From NCBI GenBank assembly GCA_046563655.1, contig CM102289.1, forward strand, positions 1,612,001 through 1,676,000: a DNA stretch of 64,000 nt, given 5' to 3'. Below the pieces are notes generated by a model. It was not told the DNA's origin and made no database searches. It was given only the letters and a program-made list of their open reading frames with translations. Position 1 is the first letter of the stretch, and each line of letters starts with the position of its first letter. A program made the position numbers and the translations under genes. Below are positions 1-11,475 of this stretch, piece after piece. The stretch comes from Yuukianura sp. NJ FZ-2021. Its lineage: Eukaryota.

Positions 1-1525
1 TTTCGACAAGGACAGCCTGATACTATTGTTTACACTAAAAACAAGATAGGTTACAAAGTGTTGGCAGTATTTTCCATTGTTGCTTTTGGGACACTTATGA
101 CATCTTATTACTACGAAGCCGTTTTTGGCGCTACAACAAAATTTGAAAAGATAATCGCTGTTGGCATAAACTGCATTTATAATATAATGTTTATGTCACA
201 ATGGGTTCTGCTTCTACGTACTACACGACAGCGGTGCATCAACGTCACAAATATATCTCTCCATGCAAAGTTCCATTTGTCCAAAAACTTACCGCGCTCT
301 TATGAAATAATATGTTTCCTTCTCAGTACAGCAACAATGTATTATCCGTTTCTATTCCTGCCATACGTATACGCTGCCTCATGGGCATTACCTGGCCTTT
401 TCACAACAATTCACAGTATACTCGCATTTGCCGCATCACAATTTAGCATTCCGGAGTCTACAGCGTACGTCTGGCTATTCAACATATTCCGATTTATTGC
501 CTTTTCTAGTATTGCAACCGGCATCGGTCAAGCTGTAGTCAATGCTGCTGTGCTGTTTCACTGGATCTTTATATATTTGTTCACAATGAAGCAACTATTG
601 ATGGATCTCCGTTTGGCCGGGTACGCCAAGGTTGCTATAGCAACAAAATACTTTTGCTTTAAAAGGTTTGGCTGTAAGTCCTGTTTTCGGAAAATCTCGC
701 CCTAAACAATTTTTTCTACCTTTTCGTTTTTTTTCTACCTTTGACTCCTTTTCTACTTTGAATTCGCCGATTCAAAAGCCATCTTTCCTAATTTTTTAAT
801 TTTGTTTACCATACCAAGCGCAATTGAACATAGGTGAATTCAGTATTGAAAACTTTTCGCAAAAAACTTAAAACTCAAGTTATTGCCTAAGCTGTTAAAG
901 AAAAAGTATTTTTTTGTTTATCCACTTTGGGGTAGGTCGAGTACAAGTTTGTCCTACAGTTATTGCTTATAAAATAAAGAACTATTTTTGTAAGTTTTAA
1001 ATAAATTTTGACCATTTTTTATTTTTTTTTTATAGTGAAGAACGCCAGGAGGAAGAAGGCAATTGTGTTGGAGGTCAAACATATAAAGATACGCTGGAGT
1101 ATTTGAAAGTTAAAGTAGCCGGTAAAGCATTTGAGGTAGCTTTTGTCGGTATAATCACTGTAATTGCAATCAATATTTTGACGGCTGTTGTTGTTCTCTC
1201 ATTTTTCGCAATTCGTGCCAGCGGTGACTACCCATTTCCGATAGTTGCTGTTTTTCTTAGTGCCGATTTTCTTTGCATCATATGTGCAGCGCTTCTTTTG
1301 TCTATTGCAACTGATCAGCACCTTTTGTGTAAAAGTTTAATTGAACTAGCTTGTCACCAAGCAAGAAAATCCCGCGCAGAATTCAAATCAAAGTTCTGGA
1401 GAAGCATGACTCCATTACGCATCGTCATTGGAGGGTTTTCGTCGCTGGAGACAAGAGAATTCGTTTTGTTCGTGTGGGCGGAAGTAGTTATTTCTCAAAT
1501 TATAAATCTCCTCTTAGCATTTTAG
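1..1525 (+). CDS. GR-like 7TM chemoreceptor, family A copy 1 (5' truncated by window; exons <1-620, 1036-1525)
   Basis: Frame 1 is open from base 1. A phase-2 intron (GT 621, AG 1035) joins the two ORFs in frame, as in paralogs. Multiple hydrophobic helices; C-terminus KFWRSMTPLRIVIGGFSSLETREFVLFVWAEVVISQIINLLLAF resembles the GR/OR TM7 region. Confidence 0.75.
624..932. mobile_element. 309-bp TA-target MITE (Tc1/mariner-pogo type) inserted in the splice donor of copy A1
   Basis: Absent in paralogs (empty site gggTAggtcga). TA duplicated at 622-623 and 933-934. Imperfect ~60-bp TIRs (cgccaaggttgctatagcaacaaaatactttt vs revcomp ccccaaagtggataaacaaaaaaatactttt). Confidence 0.8.
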
Positions 1526-3146
1526 ACTAAGAACTCACTCAGCAATCATTCAATGTGTAAAAATTCAGAATTTACAAGCTAAGAAATTAATTAAACAAAT
1601 TTTGTTGCATTTAAATTTACACCTCCAGATTGTGAATTAAAAGTATATGAGCTTGCTAGCTTTTTATTAAAATAAATTTTGAATCATGAAACACTTCTGT
1701 ATTTTCAAGTAAAAATGTTTACACATCTATCCTATTAAAAAAAGGTAATTCTGAACTTCGCTGTTCTTGGCACAGAAAAAAAAACTTCTTTGCAGCTTAA
1801 ACCTTAACCAAAATTGAAAACAAAACAGAGCCCTGTGCTAAAATTTTCAAAAACAAAACACTTTTTGGAAGAGAACAACTGCCCTGCAAGGCAAAAAGTT
1901 TACAGGTATCCACTGAGTGTCCTAACGCCCTCCCACCAAGTCTCTTAACAACTTTTTTTAAAGACCATTTTTATTCAAAATTTTAAAACAGGATTATTTT
2001 ACTTATTTATTAAAAATTGAGCTTTGGGGATTTTAGTGAAGAAATAATTAAAGTTGATGATAATTACCAATAATTAAATATGATGATTACCAAGATTCAG
2101 TTATGATGATTGCCATTTCTGATTATTACCGTAGTGGATTTACTAATAAAATTTTTTACTCTTGTAGGCTACAATTTACTAAAAAGTTATTAAAGCTTGT
2201 CATTTCAGCACAACATGTCATTAACTACCAATGACATTTTTAATTTGCTAACAGTTGGGAAGGAAACAGTCACGGAAGAAAAATACCTTGTTAAAAGTAC
2301 TATGTCATTAGGAAAATATCATTCCACGAAACCATCTCTAAAAACATGTTGTTAGTTTCAAATGCGGAGGAAAACAACAAATTTTAGGAATTGATAGTCG
2401 ATTGCAGTTTGCAATTTACTAAAAAAGATTTATTACGCTAAGACTATAATTTACAAAAAAAAAATATATCTCTAGTTGGCTACAATGTACTAAGAAAAAC
2501 GTTTAACAAGTTCTTCAAGCTTGTAATCTTATAATAACATACCATAAACTTATAATTACCTGAGACGTACTACCCGCCAGGAAAGAAACCGTATTTTTTC
2601 AATGCCTTGCATAAATGAGAAAGAAGTGGGTCCGGGGAAAAGTTGCTTCTGTTAGAAAAGTACCATGCGGTATGTCATTAAGAAATGTCATTCGCTGATA
2701 CTTTCTCTAAAAACATGGTTTAAGTTTGAAATGGGGAGGAGAATGACATGTTTTAGGAACTAATGCACAAAAATTAATATAATTTTGGAGAAGTTCAACT
2801 TGATGGTTTGATATGTGTATATATAGTCTTGTATTTAAGGTTCCACAGCAAATTCATTGCCGGAGTAAATGGTGAGCTCCTATAAGTCGTTTATTAGTTC
2901 TTGCGATCATCGCTATTGCACAATTATTCATACAGCATTACCAGACTTGCCAAAAATATTAGGTTCCCACGCCTGTAATCTTAGCAAAATCAATATTTTC
3001 TTTTTTATTACTATTTATTTATTTGCCCATAGCATTAATCTTACGCTCGTAAATATTAAAAGCTTTTTCAGTAAATATAGTATTTATCTAAATATTTCGC
3101 CGGTTTTTAGTAAATATTTTTGGCAGGTCTGAACCTTACAGGAAAT

Positions 3147-4450
3147 ATGAGGGATCGAACCGATTTGTGGGTAAGGTTGATGTATAGTTGGGCAGAATTT
3201 ACGCGTTACCTGCCGGTAACATACCATTTTGGAGATGAAGAGCCTGATACTATTGTTCACACTGAAAACAAACTGGCATACAAGGTAGTTCGAGTATTTT
3301 CTACTGTTGCTCTTGGGACACTTATGGCATGTTGGTACTACGAAACCTTGCTTGGTGCCACGACAAAATTTGAAACAACAATTGCTATTGGTCTAAACAG
3401 TATCTTTACAATAGTTCATGTGGTACAATGGGTCCTACTTATAGCGACTACTCGACAACGTTGCATCAGCGTCACAAACATTACTCTCAATACCAAATTC
3501 CATCTATCCAGAAAATTACCGCGCTCTTTTGAAATGATATGTTTTATCTTATGCTCGGCATCAATAATGTATCCGTTTATCGCACTGCCATTTGTATACG
3601 CTATGTCTTGGGCACTACCTGGGCTGTTCACAACAATTCACAATATACTGGCTGTTACTGCTTCAGAATTCAGCATTCCGCAGTCTACCACGTACATCTG
3701 GCTATTCATAATGCTGAAATTTATTGCTTTCTCTAGTATTGCAATTGGCATTAGTCATGCACAAGTCAACGGTGTTACCCTGTTTCATTGGGTGTTTATG
3801 TATTTATTCACAACTAACCAACTGCTAAAGGATCTCAGCTTGACCGGGTAGGTCGAATAAACTTTGTATTGTAGTTATTGCTTTCAGTTTCTTTTTCAAA
3901 ATAAAATATTTTGTTGTTGTTTTTTAATAAAATTAAAGTCTGTGCTATTTTTGTTTAAAGGGAAGAACGGCGACGGAAAGGGAGGAATTGCTTGGGACCT
4001 AAAATTTCTGAAGATTCCTCAGCGTATCTGAAGGCTAAAGTAATTGGTGAATCATATAAAGCAGCTTTTGGGGATATAATGACTGTATTTGCAACTAATA
4101 TTTTGGCGTGTGTTGTCGTCTTCTCATTTTTTGCAATTCGCGCCAGCGGAGACTATCCTCTTGCGATAGTTTTTGTTATTGTTAGTGCCAATTTAGCTTG
4201 CACCTTGACTACATCCCTCTTCTTGTCTACTTCAACTGATCAATACATTTTATCTAAACGTTTAATTGAACTAGCTCGTCACCAAACAGGGAAATCCTGC
4301 TCAACATACGAATCAAAATTTTGGAAGAGCATGACTCCGTTGCGCATCTGTATTGGAGGTTTTGCTTCTCTTCAAACAAGAGAATTCATTTTGTTCGTTT
4401 GGTCTGAAGTAGTTATTATATCAATTGTAAATCTCCTCTTAGCATTTTAG
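3147..4450 (+). CDS. GR-like 7TM chemoreceptor, family A copy 2 (exons 3147-3847, 3961-4450; 396 aa)
   Basis: ATG MRDRTDLW matches paralog starts. GT 3848 and AG 3960 give an in-frame join. 701+490 nt, the same as copy 3. Confidence 0.8.
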
Positions 4451-5042
4451 AATGATAAACTCAATCCATAACTCTTCAATGTCTTTAATAATTTACAAGT
4501 TCAAAATTTAAATGAAAACAGTTTTGTCACATCTAAATTCGTAGCTCCATATTGCAAATTGTGAATTAATAATGTACGTTTGTTTTACTTCCAAATTAAA
4601 AATAACAATTATGAGAAGTTTTATAACCTTTTCTTAGTTCTATACCCATGACATTGCAACTTTGGATGCAAGCAGCTAAGGGACAATTTGGCAAAGCGAA
4701 AAGTTACACTATAGTCTTCATTTCTGATGGTTTTGCTTAGTCTTATGTAACAACTAACTTTGTTTTTTGTCTTTTATTCCAAATTTCAAACACTCCAGCC
4801 CAAGAATTTATTGGGTATCTCCAAATACTTATAGGGCTCCTCGTGTCCGTCCATCTGTCAGGTCAACAATATTTTGCACAGGAATTTTCTATAATTGATC
4901 TGACGACACTTATTTAAACTGCCTTTCAAGAAGTTTATTAAACTTGTTATTAAAGTTGTGAAACTGTTTGAACACGTTTGGCAAACACTAAGCAACATGG
5001 TAGCTGATGCTATAATTGCTAAGTCCCACAAGCCGTTTGAAA

Positions 5043-5317
5043 CTTTTGGTGTGGCGGACTGTTTGTTTTTAATTCTTATTTAGCAACGTCTTCCTTTGCT
5101 CAATCGATCGGTGAAGTACAAAGTAAATTCCTCCAACTTCAATAAGCTTGGCCCCACCCTGAGTAACCCGGGGAAGGATAGTACGGATGATGCACACTGA
5201 TTGTGAGACGGGACTATTTCAGTTGGAGGAATTTACTTCGTAGTTCATCGAAGGGTTGTACAAAGGAAAACGTTAAATAAAAATTAAAAACAAACAATCT
5301 GCCACACCAAAGAATTT
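5043..5317. repeat. Foldback/MITE-like long inverted repeat (~100-bp arms, ~65-bp spacer)
   Basis: ttttggtgtggcggactgtttgtttttaattcttatttagcaacg...aaattcctccaact pairs with agttggaggaattt...cgttaaataaaaattaaaaacaaacaatctgccacaccaaa. Second copy at ~9832-10105, half copy at ~7973-8030. Confidence 0.7.
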
Positions 5318-5639
5318 CGCAAGAACCAATTAAGCAACTACTCTTGAGACTACCGTAGTATGCGATAGTTTCAATTTGGTTAGTTTTTTTTGGGCAAACA
5401 ATTTGGGAAAGTAAATGTTTTTTTCTAGAAATAATTGAATATATCAAATTTTGTTTTTACGGCTCCTTCAAAAGCGACAACTCCTGTTTCAGAAAGTTGT
5501 ACAGCATTTGTAAAAACAGTGACAACGATGCTGGCGCCTTACTACTGGATAGGAAAAACAAAAATAATTTTAATGTGTTATAATAATTATATTAAAATTA
5601 TATTATAATATATATATATTATAATATAATTTTAATATA

Positions 5640-5672
<33 letters not shown>

Positions 5673-5859
5673 ATATAATATGATATCATATTATATTATA
5701 ATAATAATAATAGTTGTAGATAATAAATCAGTTTAATATTTATTAAGGCTGATCTTAATATGTCAACCTTTCAGGGTATTGAGAACTAAATTCTACATTA
5801 ACGATTTATGTCTGAACATATACTTGCGGTAAGGAATTTCCATTTTTGATTATACCTCT

Positions 5860-6148
5860 ACTAAGCTACAATTTATTAGTCAAAGTTAATTACCCTACTA
5901 GGTTACAGTTTACTTAAAAATAGGTAATTACTCTATCAGTCTATAATTCACTAAAAAAAAGTAATTTTACTCCAGCAGTCTGCAATTTACTGAAAAAAGT
6001 TAATTACTTTAGCAGACTATAATTTAGTAACAAGCAGTTAACTATTCCAACAGTTTGCAATTTCTTAAAAAAAGATTAATTACGGTAAGGTTACAATTTA
6101 CAAAAAAAAGTTATTTCTCTACTTGACTACAATTTACTAAGAAAAACG
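5860..6148. repeat. Degenerate ~37-bp minisatellite (~8 units) upstream of copy A3
   Basis: Repeated core ctacaatttactaaaaaaagttaattact. Partial copies at ~2140-2500. Confidence 0.75.
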
Positions 6149-6590
6149 TTTAACAAGTTCTTAAGCTTGTAATCTTATAATAACATATCATAAACTTATA
6201 ATTACATTAGACTTACTAAGCTATATTTTTCAAGTACCTTGCATAAGCCACGATGAAGAAATATTTATGTATATAATACGAATTTCTTCATAAACCAACT
6301 TCAAACAACCGCCAAAGTAGACAAAGAAACTTTTGAAGCTAGAAAAAGTTTCATTATACAACATCAATCTTGGAAACAAACACAAAAATTTAGTTGACTT
6401 CGGACAAAATGGAAAACACACTGTTTTCTGAACGTTTGAAACAAGTTTGTTTTAATGTTAGCCAAGAAACATTCAGAATACATGCATAGCAAGGTATAAC
6501 GTGAAACGTCAAATTTAAAACCGTTCTACTTCTTCGTGTTGCCGCTATTAGACAATTTTTCGTTGACTGCCACATAAAAATTGAGACATT

Positions 6591-7886
6591 ATGATGGATC
6601 GAACTAATTTGTGGGTAAGACTAATGTATACTTGGATGAGGTTTATGCGCTACTTACCGATAACATACCATTTTGGACATGGACAGCCTGATACTATTGT
6701 TCACACCAAGAACAAGCTAGGTTACAACATGCTGGCAGTATTTTCCATTCTTACTTTTGGGACACTTGTAACATCTTGTTACTATGGAGCCCTTTTCGGT
6801 GCTACAACAAAATTTGAAAAGACAATCGCTGTGGGCATGAGCTGTCTTTATAATATAATGCTTATGTCACAATGGGTTCTACTTCTACGTACTACACGAC
6901 AACGGTGCATCAACGCCACAAATATATCTCTCCATACAAAGTTCCATTTATCCAAAAACTTACTGCGCTCTTATGAAATGGTATGTTTTCTTCTCAGTGC
7001 AGCAAGAATGATTTATCCTTTTATCGGCCTGCCATACGTATACGCTGCATCGTGGGCATTACCTGGCCTGTTCACAACAATTCACAATGTACTGGCAGTT
7101 GCTGCTTCAACACTTAGCAATCCGCAGTCTGCAGCGTACGTCTGGCTATTCATCATATTAAAATTTATTGCATTTTTTAGTATAGCCGTCGGCTTAGGTC
7201 ATGGAGCGGTTAATGGTTGTATCCTGGTTCATTGGATCTTTATATATTTGTTCACAATCAAGGAACTACTGATGGATCTCCGTTTGGCCAGGTAGGTCGA
7301 GAAAAATTTGTCCCGCAGTTATTGCTCATAAAATAAATTTGAACTATTTTTATAAGTTGAAAATAAATTTTGAGTATTTTATATTCTTGTTTATAGTGAA
7401 GAACGCCAGCAGGAAGAAGGCAATTGTGTTGGACCTCAAACCTATAAGGATACGCTGGAGTATTTGAAAGTTAAAGTAACCGGTAAAGCATTTGCGGTAG
7501 CTTTTGGAGGTATAGTCACTGTAACTGCAATTAATCTTCTGACGGCTGTGGTTGTTCTCTCATTTTTTGCAATTCGTGCCAGCGGTGACTACCCTGTTCC
7601 GATAGTTATTGTTTTCGTTACTGGCGATTTTCTTTGTATTGTATTTGCAGCGCTTCTCTTGTCTGTTGCAACTGATCAGTACATTTTATCTAAAAGTTTA
7701 ATTAAACTAGCTTTTCACCAAGCAAGAAAATCCCGCTCAGAATTCAAATCAAAATTCTGGAGGAGCATGACTCCATTACGCATCGTCGTTGGAGGGTTTT
7801 CTTCGCTGGAGACAAGAGAATTCATTTTGTTCGTTTGGGCGGAAGTAGTTATTTCATCAATTATAAATCTCCTCTTAGCATTTTAG
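6591..7886 (+). CDS. GR-like 7TM chemoreceptor, family A copy 3 (exons 6591-7291, 7397-7886; 396 aa)
   Basis: Intact ORFs joined by a phase-2 intron (GT 7292, AG 7396): ...LRLAS/EERQQEEGNCVGPQTYKDTLEYLKVK... Confidence 0.85.
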
Positions 7887-8470
7887 AATAAGAACTCACT
7901 CAACAATCATTCATTGTGTGAAAATTAGCAATTTTGTTGCATTTAAACTTATACTTTATTAATTCATAATTCCTATTTCATTTGGAGGAGTTTACTTTGT
8001 AGAAGGGTTGTACGAAAGAAAACGTTGTTACATAGTGAATTAAAAATATGTGGGCTCGCTAGTTTTTTATTAAAATAAATTGTGAATCATTAAACATATA
8101 TACATTTTTTAGTAAAAAATTTTTACACACTTATCTTATTAATTGTGAGTTGAATGAAGAGAAGTAATTCTGAATCGCTGTTCTCGGCACAGAAAAAAAA
8201 AACAACCTGTGCCTTTCCACCTTCCCAACGTAACACTCAACCAAAATTTAAAACAAAACACAACCCTGTGCTAAAATTTTCAAAAACTTTTTGAAAAAGA
8301 ACAAGTGCCCTGCAGGGCAAAAGGTTATGCTATCTACTGAGAGTGTCCTAACGCCCTTTCACCAAATCCTTTTACAACTTTTTTTAAAGACAATTTTTTC
8401 AAAATTTTAAAACAAAATTATTTTAGTATTTATTAAAAATGGAACTTTGGGTAGTTTAACGAAGAAATAA

Positions 8471-9285
8471 ACCGTAGTAAACGCCATACGCAAGTACCGA
8501 AAGGAAGCTAGAGCGCACAACCCGGAAGTTGTGCACTTCCAGTCAAACCGGAACCGTATTAATCACCCCCCAGGCTATGACAAACTGATTTACGAAGACA
8601 GATTGCAAATTGCTCCAGGGGTTTCGGAAGTATAGTTATAGTGCAGACAGACAGACAGACAGACTCGGGGAAAACATAAAGTAGGTCATGCTTCCCCAAG
8701 TAAGACGAGGCGCGAAATTTTGCAACTTCTATCGTCTTTATCTCTGTAACCGTAGACCAAAGGTCAAGGTCACTTTTACAAAAGTTGTTCAGCCCAATGA
8801 AATAAACAACCTTTGTAGAGGTCATTTTTAGATTTCAGCCAATAAAGTACTTGATCTTGACCTTTGACCCTGACCTGGACAACTTCCGGTCATGCTGGAC
8901 ACTAATTAGACACCCCTGGAACATGTGAAACGCAAATTTGAAAACAGATTGAAAATCGGTTCAGTGGTTCTGGAGTTATAGACGCGAATAGCAAGGTCAA
9001 GGTCACTTATACAGAAGTTGTTCGTCTCGATGAGATGGATAACTTTTGTAGGGTCATTTTCCCGATTTCCGACAAAAATGTACTTGACCTTTGAGCTTTA
9101 AGGGGTCTACTTCCGGTCAAACCAGACACCGATTGTTCACCCCAGACCATGTCAAGTTCATCTGTGAAGACAGATTGAAAATCTGTCTAGCGGTTCCAGA
9201 GCTAGCTTGACCAGCAGACGGACGGACAGACAGACAGACAGACTCGGGGGAAAACATAAACTAGCTCATACTTTCGCTGCTTAAT
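8471..9285. mobile_element. Non-autonomous repeat with (CAGA)n tracts and internal ~230-bp tandem units (Helitron/DINE-like)
   Basis: Absent at the homologous position downstream of copy A1. Repeated aaggtcaaggtcac, ttgacctttga and gaagacagattgaaaatc motifs; cagacagacagactcgggg...aaaacataaa occurs twice. Boundaries approximate. Confidence 0.5.
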
Positions 9286-9317
9286 AAATAATAATTAAAT
9301 TCGTGGAATTTGTTTTT

Positions 9318-9458
9318 TCAGTCATAAATTCCCTTGACACGAATCCGAAGTGATTGAGTTGGCAGCCATGCGCGAGCGCATTCCTCTGGCAGTTGATTTT
9401 GTTTGAATTGAATTCTGGTATCAAAGGACGCATGTCTGGATAGCATGACTGACTCCAG
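9318..9458 (-). pseudogene. Relic of the 3' end of a C2H2 zinc-finger gene paralogous to 14678-15992
   Basis: Minus strand translates as LSRHASFDTRIQFKQNQLPEECARAWLPTQSLRIRVKGIYD* vs ISRHASFDLRSQLRLHQFSEECVRARLPTQEIRIYLKRVDH*. Adjacent 9545-9735 resembles the upstream region 16065-16265. Confidence 0.75.
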
Positions 9459-10754
9459 CGGTATCTTAATCGGCTAAAAATAATAAAAAATATGACATCG
9501 TTTGTTAATTTTTGAATGTTGATTTCTGTTTAGGCACCCAGCTTGTATGAATTTTTCAATGAAATTTTTAGAAACTTTGCTGAAATTTTAATTATAGATT
9601 GTCAATGCTGCTTTTGCTCATCGCAGCAACCGATAAACTCTGATTTTGTCTTCAAAAGTGAAACTGAACCAAAATTTACAACAACAGAGGATCCCTAGTT
9701 TGAAATCTTCAAAAAAGTTTCAAAAAGTACCCCGGAGTACTCAATGCCATTTGACTATAAAAGCATGTTTGTCAAACACTAAAACTAAACAAAATGATGC
9801 TAACATTCCCAAGTCCCACGAGCCGTTTAAAACTTTTGTTGGGGCGGATTGTCTTTTTTTGTTTGTTTTTAATTCTTATTTAGCAACGTCTTCCTTCTTT
9901 CAATCGATCGGTGAAGTACAAAGTACATTCCTCCAACTGCAATAAGCCTGGCTCCATCCTGAATAACCTGGGAAGGATAGCTCAAACCAATGATGAACAT
10001 TTAAACGGGCCTATTTCACTTGGAGGAATTTACTTTGTAAAAGGGTTGTACGAAAGAAAACGTTGTTAAATAAAAATTAAAAACAAACAATCCACCCCAT
10101 CAAGAAACAATTAAACAACTACTCTTCAGACTCCCGTAGTTGCAATAGTGTCAATTTGGTTAGTTCCCGTGGGCAAAATTTGGCAAGGTCAATATTTGTT
10201 TTGAGAAATAATTGAATATATCAAATTTCGTTTTCACGGCTCTTTAAAAAGCAACAACTCCTGTTTCAGAAAGTCGTATAGCACAACCCCATGGACAGGC
10301 TAGGTATTGAATTTCCATTAAATACTGAACATTGTTACACCAGAACTGGAGGCACTGACAACATTAACTCTCCGTGCTCGCCTCTCTCCGTGACGAGGTT
10401 AGGTCCTATTCATTGTTAAATGTGATTTGCAAAAACAGTAACAACGACGGACCAAAGTTACAAGGCATCTACTGTGTTGGCATCGAGTATGCTGGCGCCT
10501 TTAATTACTGGAGAGGAACAATAAAAATAATTTTAATGTGTTATAATAATTATATTAGATAATTATATTATATTATACTATATTACGTTATTATATTAGT
10601 AATAATAATTGTATAAAACAAATCAGTTTAATATTTATTAAGGCTGATCTTAATCTGTTAACCTCTCAGGTATTGAGGACAAAATTCTACTTTTACCGAA
10701 TTATGTCCGAACACATACGTGCGGTAAGGATTTGCTATTTTTGATTATACCTCT

Positions 10755-11040
10755 ACTAAGCTACAATTTATTAGTAAAAGTTAATTACTCTAGTAGGCTA
10801 CAGTTTAGTTAAAAAAGGTTCATTACTCTATCAGTCTATAATTCACTAAAAAAAGGTAATTTACTAGAGCAGTCTACAATGTACTGAAAAAAGTTAATTA
10901 CTTTAGCAGGCTATAATTTAGTAAAGAAAAGGGTAATTACTCCAGCAATTTGCGATTCACTAAAAAAATTAGTTACGCTAAGGTTACAATTTACAAAAAA
11001 AAATTATTTCTCTAGTTGGCCACAATGTACTAAGAAAACG
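10755..11040. repeat. Second copy of the ~37-bp minisatellite, within a segmental duplication (~9760-11475 similar to ~4960-6590)
   Basis: Same unit order as 5860-6148; flanks are collinear. Confidence 0.75.
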
Positions 11041-11475
11041 TTTAACAAGTTCTTAAGCTTGTAATCTTATAATAACATATCATAAACTTATAATTACCTT
11101 AGACTTAGTACCCACCAGGAAAGAAACTGTATTTTTTAAATACCTTGCATAAGCCACAATGAAGAAATTTTTATGTATATAATACGAATTTCTTCATAAA
11201 CCAGCTTCAAACAACCGCCAAGGTTGAAAAAGGAACTCTTTAAGGTAGAAAAAAGTTTCATTATACAATATGAATCTTGGAACCAAACACAAAAATTTAG
11301 TTGACTTCGGACAGAATGGAAAACACTGTTTTCCAAACGTTTGAAACAAGCTTGTTTTAATTTTAGCCAAGAAACATTCAGATAGTTAAGGTATAACGTG
11401 AACCGTAAACTTTATAACCGTTGCCGCCATTAGACAATTTTTTGTTGACTACCACATAAAAATCAAGGCATTGTG

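Noticed and set aside
5147..5212. GC-richer spacer as a possible tRNA/SINE head
   Set aside because: No cloverleaf or convincing A/B boxes; it is the loop of the foldback repeat.
5575..5712. AT/ATT low-complexity tract (similar tract at ~61840-61880)
   Set aside because: Simple sequence repeat with no further structure.
5860..6148. CRISPR-like periodicity (~37 bp), also at 10755-11040
   Set aside because: Units are contiguous and degenerate with no unique spacers; no cas genes; eukaryotic context.
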